Shown here piece by piece: positions 1 to 7,030 of a DNA stretch of 28,336 nucleotides (positions are counted from its first letter, which is position 1; the number at the start of each line of letters is the position of its first letter). Below the pieces are notes generated by a model. That model was not told where the DNA came from. It did not search any database and was given only the letters and a program-made list of their open reading frames with translations. The translations under genes and the position numbers were made by a program. Origin of the DNA: a virus (lineage: Duplodnaviria; Caudoviricetes). The stretch is from positions 1 to 28,336 of IMG/VR virus record IMGVR_UViG_3300008085_000097; one strand, given 5' to 3'.

Positions 1-8
1 AAATTTGC

Positions 9-38
9 CTTGCACGAAGTCAAAGTGTGCGTCTACAT
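9..38 (+). promoter_or_regulatory. Putative early rightward sigma70 promoter with possible operator
   Basis: CTTGCA(9-14)-N18-CTACAT(33-38) resembles the alphaproteobacterial CTTGAC-N17/18-CTATAT consensus. A GCAC-N11-GTGC inverted repeat (12-30) overlaps it. Confidence 0.5.
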
Positions 39-46
39 CTAGCGTC

Positions 47-334
47 ATGCGTAACGACCTGACACCACTCCAAGTATGCGAGCGCCTGATCGGGGGCTAC
101 CCGGTTCTGGCGGCCATTGTCGGCTATTCGGAAAAGGCCCCGTATGTCTGGGCCAAGGGGGGCGACACGCGCGATGCGGGGGACATTCCGTCCGTTCGCC
201 TGATGCGTGCCTTCCTTGCCCATTCCGACGCGCGGGCTCTCGGACTGACCGCCGATCACCTGATCCGGGGCGCCGATGCGGCTCAGATCGACGCGATCCT
301 TGCCGCGCGGCAGGGGCTGGAGGCGGCAGAATGA
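47..334 (+). CDS. Cro-like HTH regulator
   Basis: 95 aa from ATG47. LIGGYPVLAAIVGYSEKAPYVW...GDIP is a Cro/YdaS-like pattern. First gene of the early operon. Confidence 0.7.
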   Translation: MRNDLTPLQVCERLIGGYPVLAAIVGYSEKAPYVWAKGGDTRDAGDIPSVRLMRAFLAHSDARALGLTADHLIRGADAAQIDAILAARQGLEAAE

Positions 335-561
335 CCGCCCCGTTCGCCGCGCCGTTGTTGTCACTCCCCGTCGCCAAGCCCGTCTGGCAGCCTGCGCCAG
401 AGCGGCCGGGCGGCGCGCCTGACCGGGTGGCCGTTGCGTCACCCGGTCCTTTTCATTCCCAACGCGGCCGGGCGTGCAGGCCCGCGTCGTACCAGCGCGG
501 CCGGGTGGCAACCTCCTCCCCCCTCGGCCCGGCCGCGCGTTTTTTCCCGGTGGTCCCATGA
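331..561 (+). CDS. Small hypothetical ORF overlapping a hairpin cluster
   Basis: ATGA overlaps at both ends (331-334 and 558-561). The peptide is Pro/Arg-rich and has no recognisable domain. Confidence 0.4.
   Translation: MTAPFAAPLLSLPVAKPVWQPAPERPGGAPDRVAVASPGPFHSQRGRACRPASYQRGRVATSSPLGPAARFFPVVP
421..545 (+). ncRNA. Multi-hairpin element with CCUCCUCCC loop (cuckoo/CcsR-like) ending in a U tract
   Basis: Stems GACCGGGTG/CACCCGGTC (421-448) and GCGCGGCCGGG/CCCGGCCGCGC (495-538). CCTCCTCCC at 512-520 lies in the loop region and T6 follows at 540-545. Confidence 0.45.
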
Positions 562-845
562 ACGGCCGCGTCCCTGTTCTCATGGCCGCGGCCTCGGTCG
601 CGATGTGCGCCCGCTCCGGTGGACTAACGCAACAGGCGGTGGACGAAATGCGCGTGCGCGCGGAAGAGCTCCTGGACCGTGACGATCCTCTGCGCCGCGA
701 TGTGTTCTGGTTCGCGACCCAGTGGGAGGCGGTGCGCCGCGACCCGGATGCGCTGGCCCTGATCGGGGCGTTGTTGCTGGCGGCGGTCGAGCGCGAGACG
801 GTGCCAAGGGTGCCCGGCACGGATCGGGTGGACCTGCATGGCTGA
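558..845 (+). CDS. Hypothetical phage early protein
   Basis: ATG558 in an ATGA overlap, helical protein-like composition, coupled to the next gene. Confidence 0.7.
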   Translation: MNGRVPVLMAAASVAMCARSGGLTQQAVDEMRVRAEELLDRDDPLRRDVFWFATQWEAVRRDPDALALIGALLLAAVERETVPRVPGTDRVDLHG

Positions 846-1179
846 GCGGGCATCCCTCGCGCCCGCGCCAGGGCGCCTGACGCTGCCCGAACAGGCCGTG
901 GTCAATGCGATGATCGTCATCTGCAACGAGCGGATGGGCGATCATGTCCGCCGCGCCGAAATGCTCGATGTAATCACGCGACATCTGCCCGCCTGTCCGG
1001 CGCGTGACGATGCCATGGGCGATCTGGCCCGGTCCGCGCGGGATCTGGTGGCCAGGCGTGACCAGCCCCCGCATGTGTTCGTGTTCGCGATGCTCGCCGC
1101 GGCGGGCATGGTCGCAGATTTTGCCGAGGGGCGGCTGGACATGATCCACCGCGCGCTTGACAGCGAGGCGGCGCAATGA
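838..1179 (+). CDS. Hypothetical phage early protein
   Basis: 113 aa, overlaps both neighbours, GC3-rich codons. Confidence 0.75.
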   Translation: MAERASLAPAPGRLTLPEQAVVNAMIVICNERMGDHVRRAEMLDVITRHLPACPARDDAMGDLARSARDLVARRDQPPHVFVFAMLAAAGMVADFAEGRLDMIHRALDSEAAQ

Positions 1180-1829
1180 CCGTCCGCGCGATCCAGGCGA
1201 TCGACCTTTGCGCGCTGAGCCTCGACGAGCTGCGCCTGGTCGAGGCGTTGCTGGAAACCGCGGTGCGGCTGGCCGCACGGATGCCGCCGGGAGCAACGGT
1301 TCGGATGGAGATCGCCGCGGGGCAGGCGCGCATCGGGGTCGAGCTGGGCGAGGATCAGGCGTTCGAGCTGGTCGAGCCGGAGGTGGCAGCGGCCCCGCCG
1401 CCCGCGCAGGTTCCGCCCGCCCCCCCGCCTGCCTTGGAGGTAGTCGCGTCAGTGGTGCCGGACATGGTCGACGCCGTGCCCGTTGCGCCGCCTGCGCCGT
1501 CCGTTGCACCAGTGCCCCCGCCCGTTGCGCCGCCGGTTGCCGTGACCGTGCCCCCGGCGGCGGTCAGTCCCGATGACGGCCCCGCCGATCCCCGCATCCC
1601 GTCGCAGCGGCGGCTGTTCTTTGACCAGGTGGAGGCGTCGCGCGACGATCTGACCCAGCTCGACCTCGAGGAGCAGCGCTGGCCGCCCGAGGAGATCGCG
1701 GCCATCATCGACCGTGATGCGCGCGCGCAGCTTGTCCGCCGCAAGGTGTTGCTGATGGGCGGCACGATCCCGCGTCGCCTGGTGCTCGGCTGGCTGCGCG
1801 ATTACCTCAACCCGCCCGAGGTGGGGTGA
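1176..1829 (+). CDS. Hypothetical protein with Pro/Ala/Val-rich linker and possible C-terminal HTH-like region
   Basis: ATGA coupling with a GAGG SD. Central PPPAQVPPAPPP low-complexity linker and C-terminal WPPEEIAAII helix pattern. Confidence 0.75.
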   Translation: MTVRAIQAIDLCALSLDELRLVEALLETAVRLAARMPPGATVRMEIAAGQARIGVELGEDQAFELVEPEVAAAPPPAQVPPAPPPALEVVASVVPDMVDAVPVAPPAPSVAPVPPPVAPPVAVTVPPAAVSPDDGPADPRIPSQRRLFFDQVEASRDDLTQLDLEEQRWPPEEIAAIIDRDARAQLVRRKVLLMGGTIPRRLVLGWLRDYLNPPEVG

Positions 1830-2980
1830 TGCCAGCCGCCGCCGCATCGGACGCGCCCCGGCGCCACGCCTACACCCTGCCCGAGATCAATGACATGCTG
1901 ACCGCGCGGGCCGATGACGTGGCGCGCCACTACGCGCCCGAGGTGCGCGGCAGCTATTCCAACGGGCAGCAGTATTTCACGCTCAACCCCGGCCGCCCGG
2001 ACACGCGGGTCGGGTCGTTCTGGATCAACCTGTCCGGCCCCCATGCCGGGCGCTGGCGGGACATGGCGACCGGCCAGGGCGGAGATCTGATCGACCTGAT
2101 CGCGCTGGCGCTCAACTGCAGCAAGTCCGACGCGATCCGCGAGGCCCGCGCCTATCTGGGCCTGAGCCACGATGACCCGGCGCGCGCCCGGCGGCGCGAG
2201 GCCGAAATCGCGCGCCAGAAGGTCGCGCGCGCCGAGGCCGAGGCCAGGCGCGCCGCCGACCTGGACCGCGTGCGCGCGCAGGCCCTCGCGATATGGCTTT
2301 CGGCGCAGGCGGACATCGCGGGCGGGCCGGTGGGTGCCTACCTCGCGGCGCGGGGGATCGACCTTGCGGCCCTGCCGCGCCCGGTGACGGCGCTGCGCTA
2401 CCTGCCCGATTGTTACTACAAGCTTCTCGACCCGGAGACGGGCGAGATCATCGAGCGGCGGTTGCCCGCGATGGTCGCCTGTGCGGTGAACCTGCGCGGC
2501 AAGACGCAGGCGCTGCACCGGACCTATCTGGGGATCCATCCGCGCAGCGGCCTCTGGTCCAAGGCGGACCTGCCGAACCCGAAAAAGGTTATGGGCCCGC
2601 AGCAGGGCGCGGCGATCCGCGTCTGGTCCGGCATCGGGCCGCGCGGGGGCAAGCCGGGGCCGCTGGCCGAGGCGCCGCCGGGTGCCCGCGTGATGATCGC
2701 CGAGGGGATCGAGGATGCGCTGGTCGCGGCCATTGCCTGCCCGGAGGCGCGGGTGCTGGCCGCGATCAACCTCGACAACCTCGGGCGGGTCGAGTTGCCC
2801 GCGTCGGTCACCGAGGTGACGCTGATCGCGGACAACGACGCGGGCGAGCAGGCGCGCGCGATGTTCGACCGTGCGGTCGCGGCCCACGCCGCCCAGGGCC
2901 GCACCGTGCGCGTCTGGCGCAACGCGCGCGGCGGCAAGGATCTGAACGACGCGCTGCGCGCGATGCAGGGAGGGGCGTGA
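1826..2980 (+). CDS. Toprim-domain DNA primase (P4 alpha-like N-terminus, DUF7146-like middle, Toprim C-terminus)
   Basis: Motifs GRWRDMATGQGGDLIDL, YLAARGI, PAMVA...ALHRTYL, IAEGIEDAL, LIADND and GKDLND. Confidence 0.9.
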   Translation: MMPAAAASDAPRRHAYTLPEINDMLTARADDVARHYAPEVRGSYSNGQQYFTLNPGRPDTRVGSFWINLSGPHAGRWRDMATGQGGDLIDLIALALNCSKSDAIREARAYLGLSHDDPARARRREAEIARQKVARAEAEARRAADLDRVRAQALAIWLSAQADIAGGPVGAYLAARGIDLAALPRPVTALRYLPDCYYKLLDPETGEIIERRLPAMVACAVNLRGKTQALHRTYLGIHPRSGLWSKADLPNPKKVMGPQQGAAIRVWSGIGPRGGKPGPLAEAPPGARVMIAEGIEDALVAAIACPEARVLAAINLDNLGRVELPASVTEVTLIADNDAGEQARAMFDRAVAAHAAQGRTVRVWRNARGGKDLNDALRAMQGGA

Positions 2981-2988
2981 TGTTAGGA

Positions 2989-3192
2989 TCACGGCCAGTT
3001 CGGGGGGCGGAACCCGTCGAGAAACCAGCGCATCGCCTCGGCCGCCACGGGATTGACCGACCGCGCGGTCGATCGGCCATCAGGCATTTCCCATTTGCGG
3101 ATCGTTTGGGGCGCGGTGTTCAGCACCGCCCCCAGTTCCGCCTGCGTCAAGCCGAGCTTCTGCCGAGCCGCTTTGAATTCCTGCGGGGTCAT
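2989..3192 (-). CDS. XRE-family HTH regulator (Aca-like position)
   Basis: MTPQEFKAARQKLGLTQAELGAVLNTAPQTIRKWE is a classical XRE HTH, preceded by a GAGGAGG SD. Confidence 0.9.
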   Translation of the reverse strand: MTPQEFKAARQKLGLTQAELGAVLNTAPQTIRKWEMPDGRSTARSVNPVAAEAMRWFLDGFRPPNWP

Positions 3193-3195
3193 GGG

Positions 3196-3378
3196 TCAGA
3201 TCGCCTCCTCGCCATACATCCGCACAAAGTCACGTTTCAGTGCCTGCCACATCGCGGGACGGATGTAGAGTGTATGCCGCGCGTTGCCGCGTGCGGTCGG
3301 ACGAGCGCGGGTATACCAGTCGCGGGTGCCAACGCAGCTCGCGACGGAGTCAGCAAAATTTGGAGTGTTGCGGGTCAT
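3196..3378 (-). CDS. Small basic hypothetical protein (60 aa)
   Basis: Fits exactly between its neighbours with 3-nt gaps in a minus-strand operon. Confidence 0.65.
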   Translation of the reverse strand: MTRNTPNFADSVASCVGTRDWYTRARPTARGNARHTLYIRPAMWQALKRDFVRMYGEEAI

Positions 3379-3381
3379 GGA

Positions 3382-3612
3382 TCAGGCGTCCGCTTGCGCA
3401 ACGCCGTCAGCATCCAGAAACCACCGAACATCGCCGCCATTGTTTTCGATCTTGCGGATCAATTCGTCGGTCGCTTGCGCAACGGACATGCCGTCATTCT
3501 CCGACCAGAACCGCGCGTCAGCCAACGCGGCGTCTGCCGAACGGCCCATCCCGTAGATCGTGCCGCGCGTCTTGTGGGCGGTGCCTGCGACAAATGCGAT
3601 GTAGTGCGTCAT
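3382..3612 (-). CDS. Small acidic hypothetical protein (76 aa)
   Basis: GGAGA SD and promoter upstream. 11 D/E versus 7 K/R. Confidence 0.8.
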   Translation of the reverse strand: MTHYIAFVAGTAHKTRGTIYGMGRSADAALADARFWSENDGMSVAQATDELIRKIENNGGDVRWFLDADGVAQADA

Positions 3613-3657
3613 TTCGGTCTCTCCAATCTGTGGGCGCCTGCCCGTTTCGATACACTC

Positions 3658-3685
3658 AATATAGCGCCAATGGCGCTAATCACAA
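3658..3685 (-). promoter_or_regulatory. Sigma70 promoter with palindromic operator in the spacer
   Basis: Minus strand TTGTGA-N16-TATATT. Perfect inverted repeat TAGCGCCA-A-TGGCGCTA at 3662-3678. Confidence 0.8.
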
Positions 3686-3726
3686 CCCTCTCGCACATCA
3701 CGAATTGTTACAGGCGCGCCTGACCG

Positions 3727-5700
3727 ATGGACCACACGCCCCCCCAATCCCGGCAGGAAACTGCGGCCGTTGCGAGCCTTTCGGCCTACCGCGCGCTTGC
3801 GGCCGAGCTGGAGGCCGCGCCTGTCGTGGCGCGTCCAGGTGCCGCGCGGGCAGACGATGGCCCGCCCGAACCGCCGCCGCATGACGGCCCAGGCGACGAT
3901 CGGGGCGATCCGCACGACCTGCCCCCGCCGCGCGATCCCGATAGCCCGATCGGCGGCGGGCGCGGCCGGTCGGAAATCTGGGATGGCTGCCCGGTGATCC
4001 CCCTCGGTGTGTCGGGCGAGTTTTCCTGGTACCTCGACGTGCTGGGCCAGCTGCGCGCGGTCAAGAAACACGAGCTGCAGACGATGCTGCACCTGTTCGG
4101 CGGCAACACCCGCCTGCTGGCCATGCACTACCCGCAATACGACAAGGACGGCGCGCCGAAGGCGAGCCGCTTTGACCAGCTGACCCTTTCGGCCGCGATG
4201 ATGGCGGCCTGTGACCGGCTGGGCGTGTGGTCGCCCACGGGCAGGGTGCGCGGCCCGGGTGCCTGGGTGGACGATGACGGCGGGCTGATCCTGCACGCAG
4301 GCGACGAGGTGCTGATCGAGGGCGCGTGGCAGCCGCCGGGCGTCTATGGCGGCCGGGTCTATCCCGCCGCCGATCCCGTGCCGCGCCCGGCCCCCCCGAG
4401 CCCCCGTGAGGGCGATCCCGGGCGCGAGGCGCTGGACCTGATCGAGACCTGGAACTGGCGGCGGCGCGACATCGACCCGGTGCTGATGCTGGGCCTTGCC
4501 TGTGCGATGATGATGGGCGGTGCGCTCGACTGGCGCCCCGTCGGGTGGCTGACCGGCGATGCGGCGACGGGCAAATCGACGCTGCAGAAGTTCCTCCTGC
4601 TTCTCCTCGGGGGCGAGGGCGGCCTGCTGCAGGCGGCGGATGCGACCGAGGCGGGGATCCGCAGCGTCGTCGGCTATTCGTCCCTGCCCGTGGCGATCGA
4701 CGAGCTGGAGCCGGACAAGGACAACCCGCGCAAGGTCGCGGCCGTGATCGAGCTTGCGCGCCGCGCGGCCTCGGGGGGCCAGATATTCCGCGGTTCGACC
4801 GACCAAAAGGGTCACCAGTCCAACGCGACCAGCGCGTTCCTGTTCTCCTCGATCCTGGTCCCGCCGATGCCGGCGCAGGACCGCAGCCGCCTGATCCTCC
4901 TCGACCTAGAGCGGATCGACCCGGATGCGCCGCGCTTGAAGCTCGACGCCCGCGCGTGCCGGCGGATCGGGGCGCAGCTGCGCCGCCGGTTGCTCGACGG
5001 CTGGCCTACCTGGGCCGAGCGGCTGGAGCTGTGGCGTGCCGCACTGGCGGAGCATGGCCAGACCGGGCGCGGGGCGGACAACTACGCCACCGTGCTGGCC
5101 ATGGCCGACATGGCGCTGCACCCGGCCCTGCCGGACCGCGAGGCGATGGGTGGATGGGCGCACAAGCTGGGCCGTGCCGCGACCGAGGACAGCGTGGAGG
5201 TGGGCAGCAACGCTGACGACATGCTGGTCTGGCTGTTGGGTCAGGAGTTCGATGTCTACCGGCGGGGTGAGAAGTTCAACATCGCGCAATGGCTCATGTG
5301 CGCCGCCGGGTTGCCAGGTGCGCCGCACGGCCTTCTGGACACCGGCGAGACGGATCCCGTGCGGCGGGCAGAGCAGGCCAACGCCAAGCTCGCGAAGGTG
5401 GGTTTGCGCGTCTACGGCACGGGACAGGCGGCGCAGTTGTTCGTTGCGCAATCGCCGTTGCCGGGGCTGTGTGACCTGTTCGAGGGCAGCATGTGGGCCG
5501 GTGGTGTCTGGGCGCAGGCGACGCGCCGCCTGCCCGGTGCGACGCCGGTCAAGCATCCCGCCACCCTCGCGGGCCAGCGGACGCGGGGCACGATGATCCC
5601 GTTCGCGTCGATCCCCGGCCTCACCTGGTTCCCGATGGACCGGGACGCGCCCGCGCCCACGCCGCCCCGCACCCCGCCGGAAATGGAGGAGTTCGCATGA
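3727..5700 (+). CDS. P-loop NTPase, replicative helicase/origin-binding partner of the primase
   Basis: Walker A GDAATGKS, Walker B VAIDELE, and QDRSR arginine-finger-like motif. Lies between the primase and the iteron region. Confidence 0.85.
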   Translation: MDHTPPQSRQETAAVASLSAYRALAAELEAAPVVARPGAARADDGPPEPPPHDGPGDDRGDPHDLPPPRDPDSPIGGGRGRSEIWDGCPVIPLGVSGEFSWYLDVLGQLRAVKKHELQTMLHLFGGNTRLLAMHYPQYDKDGAPKASRFDQLTLSAAMMAACDRLGVWSPTGRVRGPGAWVDDDGGLILHAGDEVLIEGAWQPPGVYGGRVYPAADPVPRPAPPSPREGDPGREALDLIETWNWRRRDIDPVLMLGLACAMMMGGALDWRPVGWLTGDAATGKSTLQKFLLLLLGGEGGLLQAADATEAGIRSVVGYSSLPVAIDELEPDKDNPRKVAAVIELARRAASGGQIFRGSTDQKGHQSNATSAFLFSSILVPPMPAQDRSRLILLDLERIDPDAPRLKLDARACRRIGAQLRRRLLDGWPTWAERLELWRAALAEHGQTGRGADNYATVLAMADMALHPALPDREAMGGWAHKLGRAATEDSVEVGSNADDMLVWLLGQEFDVYRRGEKFNIAQWLMCAAGLPGAPHGLLDTGETDPVRRAEQANAKLAKVGLRVYGTGQAAQLFVAQSPLPGLCDLFEGSMWAGGVWAQATRRLPGATPVKHPATLAGQRTRGTMIPFASIPGLTWFPMDRDAPAPTPPRTPPEMEEFA

Positions 5701-5846
5701 TCCGTGCCGGTCTGCCCGTGCCCGCGTCCCGTCCGCCCCGCCGTGGTCAAGGCCCTGACGGGATTGGGAAATTCGCGCCCTTTCACCCCGACCCGGTTTC
5801 AGCTATGATGAACGCGGGCGGCCCCTTCTGCCCCTTGGGTCGGGGG

Positions 5847-6120
5847 CACAACGGTTTTCAGACCGTTGTGGGGGCGTTGTGCCCCACTGTTGTGGGTTTT
5901 TCCCTTGGCCGATCAAGGGCTTGGCCGAACCCACAACGCCACAACGGTGGGGGCGTCATCCCCTACATGTGCGCGCACACTCACGCGATCAAACACGTGA
6001 GATATGCACCGTTGTGCCGTTGTGGCGTTGTGCCTTTTCTTTATCTCACTGAAAAGAAAGAAGAAAATAAGAAGACGGCCCACAACGGTGGGCACAACGG
6101 TTTGCGTCTGGACCGTTGTG
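5847..6120. repeat. Iteron-like array, putative replication origin
   Basis: 12 copies of CACAACGG/CCGTTGTG or 1-mismatch variants in both orientations, plus an AT-rich tract at about 6035-6073. Confidence 0.8.
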
Positions 6121-6177
6121 GGGTCTGTGCGCGGCTGGTCAACCTGCTGAAATTATTCAACAAGTGGGGATTTGGCC

Positions 6178-6807
6178 ATGCCTAAGCCCGGCACCCTGTT
6201 CGAGGTTCAGGCCCGTGAGGCGGCGGATCGCATCGAGGCGGCGCGCGCGGCGGGCGAGCAGCTGGCCCTGCCGTTGCCGGATGAGAGCCGGGACGGGTCG
6301 GCGGGGCGCGGACGGGGCGCGGGCAAGGCGACGAGCCAAATGCGCGATTGGCTGGCGTCGCGCGGCTACCGGATGCCCGAGGACGTGCTGGCCGAGCTGG
6401 CGGGGCTCTCGACGGGCGAGGATGCGTTCATGGCCGCGATGCTGCGCGCCGAACAGGTGCTGACCTGGGCGAGCCGGGACGCGGCGCAGGCGACACCGGC
6501 GCAGCGGATCGACACGTTCAAATTCGTGATGACGGCGATGCTGCGCGCGGGCGAGGCGCTGTTGCCATACGGCCTGACCAAGCTGAGCCCGGAGACCCCG
6601 GCGGCCGCGCCGGTGCAGGTGATCGTCCAGCAGGGCAGCACCCCGGCGGTGCGGACCGGGCCGGATCAGGCGCGGGACGTGACGCCTGCGCCGCGCCGGA
6701 TCGCGCCGCCGCCGATGCCGGGGCAGATCGTGGAAAATCAATCACTTAGCAGATCGCCGGTCCCGAGTTCGGACGGACGCAGCGGCGACGATGGGGCAAG
6801 CGCATGA
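6178..6807 (+). CDS. Putative terminase small subunit
   Basis: Position upstream of terL. GRGRGAGKAT followed by helical segments and ALLPY, with a flexible C-terminal tail. Confidence 0.7.
   Translation: MPKPGTLFEVQAREAADRIEAARAAGEQLALPLPDESRDGSAGRGRGAGKATSQMRDWLASRGYRMPEDVLAELAGLSTGEDAFMAAMLRAEQVLTWASRDAAQATPAQRIDTFKFVMTAMLRAGEALLPYGLTKLSPETPAAAPVQVIVQQGSTPAVRTGPDQARDVTPAPRRIAPPPMPGQIVENQSLSRSPVPSSDGRSGDDGASA
6736..6748 (+). promoter_or_regulatory. IHF consensus site
   Basis: AATCAATCACTTA is a perfect WATCAANNNNTTR match in an otherwise GC-rich gene end. Confidence 0.55.
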
Positions 6808-7030
6808 AATCGCATGGGAAAAACCGTGTTCACCAATTGATCGAAAATCAATCTGCACTCTCCGGTCGCGCCGTCCTTGCCGCCGGAAAAGCCACCCCCC
6901 CCGCCAGCAGGCCGACCCGCCCTATCACGGCCCGCGACCCCCGGGGGGGCCACCGGCGCGCACACTCTCTCCCCCTCTGTGTGACCCCATGCGTCCTTTT
7001 CGAGGCCCGTGCCGGGGCGGGAGGCAGCGA

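Noticed and set aside
3625-3680. Solitary CRISPR-repeat mimic (RNA anti-CRISPR) in the cassette leader, suggested by GAAAC next to hairpins
   Set aside because: The palindrome lies in the promoter spacer and is largely untranscribed, and the sequence does not match a repeat consensus I can support.
5847-6120. Repeat array as a CRISPR
   Set aside because: Units are only 8 bp, occur in both orientations, are irregularly spaced, and there are no cas genes.
6837-6851. FNR box TTGAT...ATCAA
   Set aside because: The spacer is 5 nt rather than the 4 nt of the FNR consensus. Kept only as an inverted repeat.
6791-7030. Upstream extensions given by the ORF track for terL (also portal 9568, scaffold 11692, capsid 13242 and ejection protein 17762)
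   Set aside because: Downstream starts have SD sequences and/or stop-start overlaps, and the extensions overlap other genes or structured DNA.
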